Assembly (NCBI GenBank): GCA_964400245.1
Contig: CAYNUV010000001.1
Location: 1 to 33,653 of the forward strand
DNA: 33,653 nt
Origin: an uncultured Ignavibacteriaceae bacterium
Lineage (GTDB): Bacteria > Bacteroidota > Ignavibacteria > Ignavibacteriales > Ignavibacteriaceae
Direction: 5' to 3'
A program made the translations under genes and the position numbers. The first letter of the stretch is position 1, and each line of letters opens with the position of its first letter. Shown here piece after piece: positions 10,669 to 19,994 of the stretch. Below the pieces are notes generated by a model that ran no database searches, was not told the origin of the DNA, and was given only the letters and a program-made list of their open reading frames with translations.

Positions 10669-11124
10669 ATGTGGAAAGAATTTAAAGAGTTTGCCGTAAA
10701 AGGTAATGTTCTTGATATGGCGGTTGGTATAATAATAGGAGCTGCTTTCGGAACAATTGTACAATCATTAGTTAAAGATGTTATTATGCCGCCGATAGGT
10801 TTTCTTTTAGGCAATGTTGATTTTTCAAATCTTTTCTGGACTATTAAGGAAGGAATTGAAATAGCAGGTCCCTATGCCACTGTTGATGCAGCACAAAAAG
10901 CCGGTGCTGTAACTATAAACTTTGGAGTATTTATTAATGCATTAATAAGCTTTTTAATAGTAACTTTTGCTGTCTTTATGATTGTTAAAACATTTAACAA
11001 ACTTAAAAAGAAAGAGGAATCTCCATCTGCAGCACCAACAATAAAAGATTGCCCTTATTGCTTTTCCAGTATTCCAATAAAGGCAACAAAGTGCGGGCAT
11101 TGCACCTCTCTCCTGGGTGCTTAA
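10669..11124 (+). CDS. mscL: Large-conductance mechanosensitive channel MscL with a C-terminal CxxC...CxxC tail
   Basis: The N-terminus [44 protein letters not shown] is the MscL signature. A second TM helix is present and GGAGG lies upstream of the ATG. The tail is [20 protein letters not shown]. Confidence 0.9.
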   Translation: MWKEFKEFAVKGNVLDMAVGIIIGAAFGTIVQSLVKDVIMPPIGFLLGNVDFSNLFWTIKEGIEIAGPYATVDAAQKAGAVTINFGVFINALISFLIVTFAVFMIVKTFNKLKKKEESPSAAPTIKDCPYCFSSIPIKATKCGHCTSLLGA

Positions 11125-11700
11125 TTAACTTTTCAAAATTTCTATTTCGCCCGGTGTAAGTTCCCTGACTTTACCGGGCTGCAAATTACCAAGAAGAATA
11201 TTTTTAATTCTGACACGAACAAGTCTTAGGGTTGGGTAACCTACACTTGCCGTCATTTTTCTTACCTGTCTGTACCTGCCTTCTGTTACAACAACACTTA
11301 GCCAGCAAACAGTTTTATTTTTTCTCGGAAAGATTGGTGGTTTTCTTGGAGGGAATTGGGGATCATCAATAATCTTTGCTTCTGCAGGTAATGTTTTTTT
11401 ACCTTCTATTACTACTCCATCTTCAAGTTTGGCTAAGCTTTCTTCATCAGGGATTCCTTCAACCTGAGCATAATATTCTTTTTCATGTCTGTTAACCGGA
11501 TTCAATAAAAAATCAACCATTTCCTTATCATTAGAAAGAAGAAGCAAACCCTCACTATCCAAATCAAGCCTCCCTACCGGGTAAACATTTTTAGGAAAGT
11601 CATAGAACTCTGCCAGTGTTTTCCTGTTAAGTTTATCTGTAAACTGAGATAAAACATCATAGGGCTTGTTCAAAATGAAATAGAATAATTTATTATCCAT
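11125..11700 (-). CDS. RsuA/RluE-family pseudouridine synthase lacking an S4 domain
   Basis: Catalytic motif GRLDLDSEGLLLLSND and the C-terminal YRQVRKM...G motif. The 191-aa length without an S4 domain is RluE-like. Confidence 0.85.
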   Translation of the reverse strand: MDNKLFYFILNKPYDVLSQFTDKLNRKTLAEFYDFPKNVYPVGRLDLDSEGLLLLSNDKEMVDFLLNPVNRHEKEYYAQVEGIPDEESLAKLEDGVVIEGKKTLPAEAKIIDDPQFPPRKPPIFPRKNKTVCWLSVVVTEGRYRQVRKMTASVGYPTLRLVRVRIKNILLGNLQPGKVRELTPGEIEILKS

Positions 11701-11822
11701 CAGCTATTTGGGAACAGTGTAATTGAAAAATCCGTCTTAATAATACTTTTTATCTTAATGCAAGTTTGGTTAATTTGATGGCTCAAATTTAAGAGATAAA
11801 GTATCACTTAAAAAGGCTAAGC

Positions 11823-12047
11823 TTGTCTTACAGAGATCAACAAAAATATATTGAGGCTCTTAAAAGATATGAAAGAAAGTTTGACAAGAAAGAAGCAGAA
11901 GATTTTTTAATGTTTTTAAAGAGGCATAAAGACGAGGATGAATTTGATACTGTTTCTATGAAAAGACTAAAGGAAATGTATGATAAATACAATCTACCGG
12001 TAGACAAAAGTAAATATGATTCTTTCTTCAGGAAGAAAGATGAATGA
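11823..12047 (+). CDS. Small, highly charged hypothetical protein (74 aa, TTG start)
   Basis: Open frame upstream of, and on the same strand as, the DUF2723 gene. Lys/Glu/Asp-rich helical composition. Non-ATG start and weak SD. Confidence 0.35.
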   Translation: MSYRDQQKYIEALKRYERKFDKKEAEDFLMFLKRHKDEDEFDTVSMKRLKEMYDKYNLPVDKSKYDSFFRKKDE

Positions 12048-12120
12048 TCGGAACCTGTTTTTCATTTCTAAAAAAACAGTAGTAATTATTTTTTGAACCC
12101 TTTTCCAATCTGAGGTTTTA

Positions 12121-15084
12121 ATGAATTATAAGCTCTTGAAGAGAATTATCGGTGCAGCAGTTTTTATTTTTTCTATAGCCGTATTGTTAATGACAGTTCA
12201 ACCATCGGTTTCCTTTTGGGATTGCGGCGAGTTTATTGCTGCGGGACATTATCTCCAGGTTCCACATCCTCCCGGAACCCCTTTCTTTCTTATAATCGGA
12301 AGAATATTTTCATTGCTTCCATTTGCAGGAAACATTGCTTACAAATTTAATTTGATCTCCGTATTATCAAGTGCTTTTTCAGTTTTCTTCCTTTACCTTA
12401 TTGCTGTAAAGCTTATAGAAAACTACCGTGGCAAAGAATATAAAAATCTTCTTGATGCCCTGGCTACATTTATTGCATCGGCAATTGGTGCTTTGTCTCT
12501 TTCTTTTTCAGATACATTCTGGTTTAATGGTGTTGAAGCTGAAGTTTATGCTCTTAGTACATTTCTTTTGGCAGCAACTGTATATCTTATGATGCGCTGG
12601 CATGAAAGAGCAGATGAAAAAGACAATGAAAAATATCTTTTAATGATTGCCTATCTTATGGGATTATCTACCGGTGTTCACTTAATGAGCATTCTTTCAC
12701 TTGTTCCTGTTGTTATGGTCATCATCTTCAGGAAATATATGGATGATGAAGAAGCATTGAAGAAAACCGGGTATATTTTTATCGGACATTCAATTGTGGT
12801 TCTTCTTATTGCAATTGCAATGTGGAGTGCACAAAAAACAAGTACCCCTCCATCCCCTGAAGAATACCAGGCTTATGATTCAAGATTTATAATGATAATA
12901 TTCGGTCTCAGTGTTGTGTTTATTGCGATTATGTGGAAAAAACTTTTAAACAAAAATTCCTTTTACCTTCCGATCATAATTGGTGGAATAGGTTTATTCG
13001 TAGTTTATCCCGGTATTGTAAAATATGTTCCTGCTCTTATTAATGAAATAGCAGGTGATAGTGTTTTAACCGGTGCAATTGTTTTCATATTAATTTTTGT
13101 TGTACTTGCTTTTGCTATACGATATGCTGTTAAAGAGAACAAGCGTACACTTCATTTAGTGTTTACATCTCTTGCATTTGTTCTGATTGCTTTTACAACT
13201 TTTGTTATGGTAATTATCAGGTCTAATCAAAACCCGCCGATGAATGAAAATGAACCGAATACTTTACCTGAGCTTATATCATATCTCAATCGTGAGCAAT
13301 ATGGTGATTTTCCGACATTTAAAAGAAGATTCACAAGTGAACCTCATCAGCAGAAAGTTTTTACAAATTACCAGAGTGATCTCAGCTTCTTCTGGAACTA
13401 CCAAATGAACCACATGATGACCCGTTACCTTTTATGGAATTATGCTGGTAGAGAAGGCTGGGATCAGGATCAGGGCGCAAATGTTGCTCCTTTCAATGGA
13501 GTTGGTAATTTATTTAAAGGTTTAACAGGCGTTGAATTTAGTGGCGAAGTAAAAGATTCTTTATTCGGAATTCCTTTACTTCTTGGAATACTCGGAATAT
13601 ATTTTCATTTCCGGCGTGATTGGAAAATGGCTTCTGTCTTTATGGTTATGTTTATCCTGATGGGATACCTGACTGCTTTCTACCAGAACCAGCAGGAGCC
13701 GCAACCGAGAGAGAGAGATTACTTTTATGTTGGAGCTTTCTTTGTTTATTCTATCTGGATTGCAATCGGGTTGCGTGGTTTGGTTGACCTGATACAGGAG
13801 AAAGTTAAAAATGTTTCTTTAAGTAATGCAGGAGTTGCAGCAGTTCTTATCCTCGGATTTATTTTTGTTCCTGTTGTTATGTTGAAAGCAAACTATTACT
13901 CTCACGACAGATCAAACAACTGGGTTCCGTGGGATTATTCATATAATCTTCTTCAAAGCTGTGCACCAAATTCAATTCTCTTTACTAATGGAGATAATGA
14001 TACTTTCCCGTTATGGTATTTGCAGGATGTTGAAGGTGTACGAAGAGATGTTAAGATTGCCAACCTTAGTTTGCTCAATACGGCCTGGTATATAAAACAA
14101 TTAAAAAATAATGACCCTTATAATGTCGGTTCAATTAAGATGAAATTAACCGATTTGCAGATTGAAAAAATCGGGCCTATCCAATGGAATTCCCAGGATG
14201 TTACTATTTCATTGCCAAAATCAATCCCTGAAATAAAGGATATGTATGAGAAATATAAGATCTCCGATTCATCTGTAATCAATGAGGGGCAGCTCAAGTT
14301 CAGGATGGATAACACTCTTACTTTCGGAGACGTAAAAGCTATTCGTGTTCAGGATATAATGGTTAAAGAGATTATTGAATCGAACATGTGGGAAAGGCCG
14401 ATTTATTTTGCGGCTACTTGCTCAGAAGACAGCAAGATTGGTTCACAGGATTATTTAAGAATGGAGGGAATGTCTTTCAGGCTTGTTCCTGAAAAACGTA
14501 AACCCGGTATTGAATTCATCAATGAAGAAATTGTTAAGAAACAAATACAGGAAAACCCTGAATACAGTACAGATTATAAGCCCGGTTTTAAATTCAGAGG
14601 AATAAATGATTCCAAAATCTTTTTTGATGAGAACCACAGAAGATTAATTCAGAACTACCGTAATACTTTCATTCGATTGACCATTTACTATATCAACACA
14701 AACCAGAATGATCTTGCAGCACAAACGCTTAAGAAAATGGATGAGGTGATTCCTGCCGGTATAAGGCCGATGCCTTTCGGTTTACTTTATGAAGTATCCA
14801 ATCTTTATTATAGCGCAGGGGCAGTTGATAAGTATAAGGAGCTCACAAAAGAATTAGAAAAAGATGCACTTGCTGCGCTTGAAAAAAATCCGCAGGATTT
14901 GCAATCATACTATAATCCTTACAGGGTTTTAATTGATATTTATGAGAATACAAAAAATTACCGGAAGGCTCTTGATATCTGGCAAAGAATTGAAGCTATG
15001 TACCCGAATGATCCAAGTGTAAAAGCAAATGTTGAAAAGTATCGCAAGCTTACATTACCAGATACTACCGGTAAGACAAATTGA
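12121..15084 (+). CDS. DUF2723 (TMEM260-like) GT-C-fold glycosyltransferase with a C-terminal TPR region
   Basis: N-terminal signature VSFWDCGEFIAAGHYLQVPHPPGTPFF, more than 10 TM helices, a large soluble domain, and TPR-like repeats at the C-terminus (YYSAGAVDKYKEL..., ALDIWQRIEAMYPNDP). Confidence 0.85.
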   Translation: MNYKLLKRIIGAAVFIFSIAVLLMTVQPSVSFWDCGEFIAAGHYLQVPHPPGTPFFLIIGRIFSLLPFAGNIAYKFNLISVLSSAFSVFFLYLIAVKLIENYRGKEYKNLLDALATFIASAIGALSLSFSDTFWFNGVEAEVYALSTFLLAATVYLMMRWHERADEKDNEKYLLMIAYLMGLSTGVHLMSILSLVPVVMVIIFRKYMDDEEALKKTGYIFIGHSIVVLLIAIAMWSAQKTSTPPSPEEYQAYDSRFIMIIFGLSVVFIAIMWKKLLNKNSFYLPIIIGGIGLFVVYPGIVKYVPALINEIAGDSVLTGAIVFILIFVVLAFAIRYAVKENKRTLHLVFTSLAFVLIAFTTFVMVIIRSNQNPPMNENEPNTLPELISYLNREQYGDFPTFKRRFTSEPHQQKVFTNYQSDLSFFWNYQMNHMMTRYLLWNYAGREGWDQDQGANVAPFNGVGNLFKGLTGVEFSGEVKDSLFGIPLLLGILGIYFHFRRDWKMASVFMVMFILMGYLTAFYQNQQEPQPRERDYFYVGAFFVYSIWIAIGLRGLVDLIQEKVKNVSLSNAGVAAVLILGFIFVPVVMLKANYYSHDRSNNWVPWDYSYNLLQSCAPNSILFTNGDNDTFPLWYLQDVEGVRRDVKIANLSLLNTAWYIKQLKNNDPYNVGSIKMKLTDLQIEKIGPIQWNSQDVTISLPKSIPEIKDMYEKYKISDSSVINEGQLKFRMDNTLTFGDVKAIRVQDIMVKEIIESNMWERPIYFAATCSEDSKIGSQDYLRMEGMSFRLVPEKRKPGIEFINEEIVKKQIQENPEYSTDYKPGFKFRGINDSKIFFDENHRRLIQNYRNTFIRLTIYYINTNQNDLAAQTLKKMDEVIPAGIRPMPFGLLYEVSNLYYSAGAVDKYKELTKELEKDALAALEKNPQDLQSYYNPYRVLIDIYENTKNYRKALDIWQRIEAMYPNDPSVKANVEKYRKLTLPDTTGKTN

Positions 15085-15116
15085 TTTTGAGATTTAATCA
15101 ATTAGAATAAATTATT

Positions 15117-15142
15117 AGCGGCTGTAATGCCGCTTATTTTTT
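15117..15142 (+). terminator. Intrinsic terminator after the DUF2723 gene
   Basis: AGCGGC-tgtaat-GCCGCT followed by TATTTTTT. It overlaps the 5' extension of tracked ORF 15127, which argues for the downstream ATG at 15157. Confidence 0.6.
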
Positions 15143-15156
15143 ACCATTTATTTAAT

Positions 15157-16209
15157 ATGAAAATACTTATCCTTGCTCTCTCCGGAATAGGAGATGCCTT
15201 ATTGTTTACTCCCGCTTTAAAATTACTTAGAGAAGAATTGCCTGAATCTGAAATTGATGCTTTGGTAATGTATCATGGGGCTAAGGATATGTATGAAAAA
15301 AATCCAAATATCAACGAGGTTATTTATTTTGATTTTTTAAAGGAAGGTTTGATTTCTTCATTGAAATTTATCTTATCGCTTCGAAAGAAATATGAAACCA
15401 CCATTTCTGTTTATCCTTCAAACAGAAAAGAATATAACATCATTAATTTTTTGATTGGTGCTGAGAAAAAAGCAGGAATAAAATATTTAAGAAAAGATAA
15501 CCAGAATCTTGGGTTCTTAAATAATACCAGGATTCAAGAAAGCGATTCAACTCATAATGTTCAAACAAATATTAAACTTGTTGAAGAACTGCTTGATAAA
15601 AAATTTAATGAAGATCCTGTGCTTGAATTTTTTCTAAATGATGAGGATAAAATCTTTGCTGAAGGATATTTAAAAAAACTTAACATTTCAGAAAATGATT
15701 TGGTTATCGGATTTCATCCTGGTTGCGCTACTTTGAAAAATCATATTAAAAGAAGATGGGAACCAGAAAAATTTTCTGAGCTTGCAAAGCTTTTAATTGA
15801 AAATGAAAAAGCAAAAGTATTAATCTTCGGAGGTCCCGAAGAATTGGAATTAAAAGAAAAAATCTTTTCACAGATTAACTCCCAAAATTGTTTTGTTGTT
15901 GAAACAAAAAGTCTTTCCACTTCTGCGGCTATAATGAAAAGGTGTAATGCATTTGTTACAAACGATTCAAGCCTTATGCATGTCGCATCAGCATTAAAAT
16001 TAAATGTTGTTGCAATAATAGGACCCACAAATAAAAACTTTATTCATCCATGGAAAACCGAACACAAAATTGTTACTCTCGAACTTGAATGCTCACCCTG
16101 CTTTTTCTATTCTCCCAAACCTCTCAAGTGTTACAGAGATGATGTGCTTTTCAAATGTATAAAAGAATTAAATGTTGATATGGTTTATACAGCAGTTAAA
16201 GAAATGTAA
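15157..16209 (+). CDS. Glycosyltransferase family 9 (heptosyltransferase-like)
   Basis: MKILILALSGIGDALLFTPALKLLRE is the typical GT9 N-terminus, and the C-terminal half has FVTNDSSLMHVASAL. The start is placed at 15157 rather than 15127 because of the terminator. Confidence 0.85.
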   Translation: MKILILALSGIGDALLFTPALKLLREELPESEIDALVMYHGAKDMYEKNPNINEVIYFDFLKEGLISSLKFILSLRKKYETTISVYPSNRKEYNIINFLIGAEKKAGIKYLRKDNQNLGFLNNTRIQESDSTHNVQTNIKLVEELLDKKFNEDPVLEFFLNDEDKIFAEGYLKKLNISENDLVIGFHPGCATLKNHIKRRWEPEKFSELAKLLIENEKAKVLIFGGPEELELKEKIFSQINSQNCFVVETKSLSTSAAIMKRCNAFVTNDSSLMHVASALKLNVVAIIGPTNKNFIHPWKTEHKIVTLELECSPCFFYSPKPLKCYRDDVLFKCIKELNVDMVYTAVKEM

Positions 16210-16218
16210 AAAAATTAA

Positions 16219-16755
16219 TTAGATTTTCTTATTCAGTTCACTTGCAATAAACTCAACCATCTTTTCAATATCATTAAAAAAAGAAACGAGGTTTACATTT
16301 CTTCCCTCCTTTTCTAATTGTTTATTTATTATGCCTCCAATCTCTTTCCACATTGTTGAGTAACAGGCAACAGGTTTATTATTAATAATATCTTTATTCA
16401 GAAATTCCCAAACTGCCGCAAGCTCAAGCAGAGTTCCTGTTCCACCTTGTAAAATAATATATGCATCCCCAAGTTCAATAAGTTTAGTAATTCTTTCAAA
16501 AAGATTATCGTACAAAATAACTTTGGTAAGAAATGGATTCGGTTTTCTTTTCACATAACTAAGTGTAACTCCTGTTGCTGTTCCTCCATTTTCAGTTACA
16601 CCTTTTGAAACAGCTTCCATAATTCCATAATAGCCGCCGCAAATTACATCAAATCCTTTTGAAGCTAAGAGCTTGCCAAGTTTATATGCGATTTCATATT
16701 CTTTATCTCCAGGCTGCGGCATTGCACTTCCGAATACAGTAACACTTTTTTTCAT
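16219..16755 (-). CDS. LOG / TIGR00725-like Rossmann-fold protein (lysine-decarboxylase-like family)
   Basis: GGYYGIMEAVSKG and LQGGTGTLLELAAVWE (PGGxGTxxE-like) motifs. 178 aa. Confidence 0.75.
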   Translation of the reverse strand: MKKSVTVFGSAMPQPGDKEYEIAYKLGKLLASKGFDVICGGYYGIMEAVSKGVTENGGTATGVTLSYVKRKPNPFLTKVILYDNLFERITKLIELGDAYIILQGGTGTLLELAAVWEFLNKDIINNKPVACYSTMWKEIGGIINKQLEKEGRNVNLVSFFNDIEKMVEFIASELNKKI

Positions 16756-16810
16756 AAATTTCTTCCAATGTTTTTAATAAAATAAAAAACTAATACCTGA
16801 TTATCGAATA

Positions 16811-18019
16811 ATGAGCAAAAAAAAATTTGATGCAATAATAATCGGCGGCGGAATTGTAGGAACAGCAACTGCTTTATCTCTTCAGCAGAAAGGTTTTAAT
16901 TCTGTTTTGGTAATTGAAGCTGAAGAAAAACTTGCCGCACATCAAACCGGTAATAACAGCGGAGTTATTCATTCCGGTGTTTACTATAAACCCGGCTCAT
17001 TAAAAGCAAAGCTTTGTTCTGAAGGAAGAGAATTGCTTTACAGGTTTTGCAAAGAGTATAATATTCTTCATGAAAAATGCGGAAAAATAATTGTCGCAAC
17101 TGAAAGAGAAGAAATTCCAATGCTTAATGATATAGCATCAAGAGGTTTGGCAAACGGGCTAAGAAATATTAAAAGAATTAGTAGAGAAGAAATAAAAGAT
17201 TATGAACCTTATGCTGCCGGTGAAGAAGGATTATTTATTCCCGAAACAGGAATTGTTGATTTTATTGGAGTAACAAATAAATTTGGTGAATTAATAAATC
17301 AGCAAGGCGGTGAAGTTTTAACTTCATACAAATTTCTTAACGTGATAAACTCCTCTAATCACTTAGTTGTTGAAACAACAAAAAAAGATTTTGAATGCAG
17401 GCTGCTTATTAATTGTGGTGGTCTTCAATCGGACAGGATTGCAAAAATGTGCGGCCTGAATCCTGATGTTCAAATCATTCCTTTCAGAGGAGAATATTAT
17501 AAGATAAGGAAGGAAAAAGAATACCTTGTAAATAATCTTATCTATCCTGTTCCTGATCCCAAGTTTCCTTTTCTTGGAGTTCATTTTACAAGAATGGTAA
17601 AAGGAGGAATCGAAGCTGGTCCAAATGCCGTTCTTGCTTTCAGCAGGAAAGGATATACTTATAATGAAATTTCTTTTACAGATATTTTTGAAATGATCAC
17701 TTTTCCCGGCTTCTGGAAAATGGCTAAGCAGCATTATAAAATGGGAATTGATGAATTCAGGAGATCGTTTAACAAATCACTTTTCACAAAAGCTTTACAA
17801 AAATTAGTTCCATCAATTGAAGAAGCTGACATTGTGCCAGGAGGATCAGGGATTCGTGCACAAGCTTTGGATAGAAACGGAAAGTTAATTGATGACTTCC
17901 GGATAATAGAAAATGAAAAACAGATTCACGTCCTTAATGCGCCTTCACCTGCAGCAACGGCTTCATTAAGCATTGGGAAATATATTACAGAGATAGCAGT
18001 AAGAAAATTGGAGACATGA
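16811..18019 (+). CDS. lhgO: L-2-hydroxyglutarate oxidase/dehydrogenase (FAD-dependent)
   Basis: FAD fold DAIIIGGGIVGTATA. HQTGNNSGVIHSGVYYKPGSLKA and GIRAQAL...DF are characteristic of LhgO-type enzymes. Confidence 0.85.
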   Translation: MSKKKFDAIIIGGGIVGTATALSLQQKGFNSVLVIEAEEKLAAHQTGNNSGVIHSGVYYKPGSLKAKLCSEGRELLYRFCKEYNILHEKCGKIIVATEREEIPMLNDIASRGLANGLRNIKRISREEIKDYEPYAAGEEGLFIPETGIVDFIGVTNKFGELINQQGGEVLTSYKFLNVINSSNHLVVETTKKDFECRLLINCGGLQSDRIAKMCGLNPDVQIIPFRGEYYKIRKEKEYLVNNLIYPVPDPKFPFLGVHFTRMVKGGIEAGPNAVLAFSRKGYTYNEISFTDIFEMITFPGFWKMAKQHYKMGIDEFRRSFNKSLFTKALQKLVPSIEEADIVPGGSGIRAQALDRNGKLIDDFRIIENEKQIHVLNAPSPAATASLSIGKYITEIAVRKLET

Positions 18020-18020
18020 T

Positions 18021-18256
18021 TTAATCCTTATCATCTTTTCCTGCTTCACGAAGTCCGTATCCTTTCATCACATCATCACACGACTTCTCCATCCTTAACA
18101 ACACAAACCCGCAACACCGGGAATCTGCCAGGTAGTTAGCGCTTTCTCAACGTAAGCATCAAGACTGTCGGTGATGAAGGATGGAGGTTGTGTTTGGGGA
18201 TGAATGTTTGTGAAAAAGACAGGAAGAAAAATTAAGAAGATAAATTTCTTGCGCAT
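18021..18256 (-). pseudogene. 5' remnant of a beta-lactamase-related serine hydrolase gene
   Basis: MRKKFIFLIFLPVFFTNIHPQ...LDAYVEKALTTWQIPGVAG, then (after frame changes) VCVVKDGEVV and MKGYGLREAGK. This is the usual N-terminus of class-C-like serine hydrolases. It stops before the SxxK motif and abuts the lhgO stop codon. Confidence 0.5.
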
Positions 18257-18307
18257 ATTAAAATCCTGGATCTGTTGGCGGGATAAAGATAAGAAAGAGT
18301 TTTATTT

Positions 18308-18347
18308 GAAAGAAGGAAAGTAGAGACGCATCACAATGCGTCTCTAC
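18308..18347 (-). terminator. Strong minus-strand intrinsic terminator
   Basis: Minus-strand GTAGAGACGCA-ttgtga-TGCGTCTCTAC (11-bp perfect stem) followed by TTTCCTTCTTT. Confidence 0.65.
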
Positions 18348-18584
18348 AAATATGAGTTACTGCTGGAAATCTAAAGCTGCTGCCGGTTCTTTTACTGCTT
18401 TCTCTTTCCTTCCAAATACTTTTCTGAATAAGCCCGGAACTTTTTCTCTTACTCCTTTCAGCGTAAAGCTAATAATTGTAGCGGCACCGGCAGGTTTTGG
18501 GAAGATTTTTTATCCAAATGTTACTATTTTGTTATAACTGAGAATTAAAGCTTAAAGATATTTACATGTAAAAACAGGATACTT

Positions 18585-19265
18585 ATGAAAAAGAATTTGT
18601 TATTAACAGGTTTAATTATTTTCTTAAGCAGCATAACCGGGTATAGCTGTAAAGAAGTAAAATCAATTAATTTAGAAAGTGAGAAAAGTGAAATGGATTC
18701 GGTTCAAAATTCAAACCTTGAGAAAGCAACTTTTGGCAGCGGCTGTTTCTGGTGTACGGAAGCAATTTATGAAAGAGTTGAAGGAGTGCATTCTGTAGTT
18801 TCAGGATATGCCGGGGGATCAGTAAAAAATCCTGCATATAAAGAGGTTTGCGATGGAACAACCGGGCATGCTGAAGTAATACAGATTGGTTATGATCCGA
18901 AAGTTGTTTCATACGATGAACTTCTTGAAATATTCTTTAAAACTCATGACCCAACTACTTTAAACAGGCAGGGCGCCGATGTTGGAACACAGTATCGTTC
19001 AGTAATTTTTTATAACGATGATGAACAGAAAAAGAAAGCTGAATATTATAAAACAGAGCTTGATAAATCAGGTGCGTGGGATAACCCGATTGTAACAGAG
19101 ATTTCGCCGCTTACAAATTTTTATCCTGCAGAAGATTATCACCAGGATTATTATGAAAATAATCCTAACCAGGGATACTGTTCATTTGTAATTGGTCCTA
19201 AGGTAGAAAAATTTGAAAAGGTGTTTAAGAATAAATTAAAAATGAAATATTCTGAACAGCATTAA
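18585..19265 (+). CDS. msrA: Peptide-methionine (S)-S-oxide reductase MsrA, exported form
   Basis: Active-site GSGCFWCTEA plus HAEVIQIGYDP and GTQYRSVIF motifs. The N-terminal signal peptide ends ...ITGYSC. Confidence 0.9.
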   Translation: MKKNLLLTGLIIFLSSITGYSCKEVKSINLESEKSEMDSVQNSNLEKATFGSGCFWCTEAIYERVEGVHSVVSGYAGGSVKNPAYKEVCDGTTGHAEVIQIGYDPKVVSYDELLEIFFKTHDPTTLNRQGADVGTQYRSVIFYNDDEQKKKAEYYKTELDKSGAWDNPIVTEISPLTNFYPAEDYHQDYYENNPNQGYCSFVIGPKVEKFEKVFKNKLKMKYSEQH

Positions 19266-19281
19266 GACAAAATGTTTAACA

Positions 19282-19312
19282 TAGCACAGAATTAATTCTG
19301 TGCTACGATTTT
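19282..19312 (+). terminator. Intrinsic terminator after msrA
   Basis: Perfect 24-nt palindrome TAGCACAGAATT|AATTCTGTGCTA followed by CGATTTT. Confidence 0.6.
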
Positions 19313-19532
19313 AAAAATCTAACCTTACATACCGAAAATTCATTCCCGTCTCAGAATATTGCCTGAGATTTATATCCTTTACAAAAAAAATTAAAATTGT
19401 TTGATTTTGAATCTCAAATTGGTTCTCTTTATGTGTTTGAAAAAAACATTGTGATTCCTATTACTTTTATGAACTTTTTTTTGAACTAATTTTTCTCACG
19501 TGTCAGAACTCTAATACTATTCAGGAGGATAA

Positions 19533-19994
19533 ATGAAACTTATAAAATTAAATGTGTTATTGCTGCTTATTATTTTACCGGCTTGTTCTTCACTTAAATT
19601 GGCGCCTGCCGATTTTTCCTGGCCTGTAGAATCTGTTCTTAAAGTAAATGAAGATGGATTTGTAAAAGAAGACCGGTACTCCCTGGTATTTAATTCTAAA
19701 AATCTTTTTCTTGAGGAAACAGGTGATTCACTTTCATACCAGGATAAAGATTTAAGAATTATAAGAGATAATAAAGGATATTACTACATCACTTCGAATA
19801 ATTTTAAGAACGTATATGTTTTTTCAAATTCTGAAAGTGAACTTTTCCTGGAAAAGAAAATCCTTATTACGGAAACAGGAATTAGTAAACCAGCTTTCAA
19901 TCAAAGATCTCCATTAATAGAACTTGTAAATGGAGATAAGAAACAACTATTAACAAATGACGGATTAGTCGAAGAGGAAGAAAATGAAGAATAA
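19533..19994 (+). CDS. Hypothetical lipoprotein
   Basis: AGGAGG RBS, signal peptide with lipobox ILPAC, acidic C-terminus. Overlaps the next gene by 11 nt. Confidence 0.6.
   Translation: MKLIKLNVLLLLIILPACSSLKLAPADFSWPVESVLKVNEDGFVKEDRYSLVFNSKNLFLEETGDSLSYQDKDLRIIRDNKGYYYITSNNFKNVYVFSNSESELFLEKKILITETGISKPAFNQRSPLIELVNGDKKQLLTNDGLVEEEENEE

Noticed and set aside
11119-11130. Back-to-back stop codons of the convergent mscL and pseudouridine synthase genes (TAA|TTA, forming TTAATTAA) with zero intergenic distance and no terminator.
   Set aside because: This is a compact-genome curiosity with no structure or repeat to support a functional element.
18352-18537. 61-aa plus-strand ORF between the terminator and msrA.
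   Set aside because: It has no RBS, runs into the msrA promoter region, and its composition is unconvincing. The strong terminator next to it is oriented for the minus strand, so any real product is more likely on that strand (see finding).
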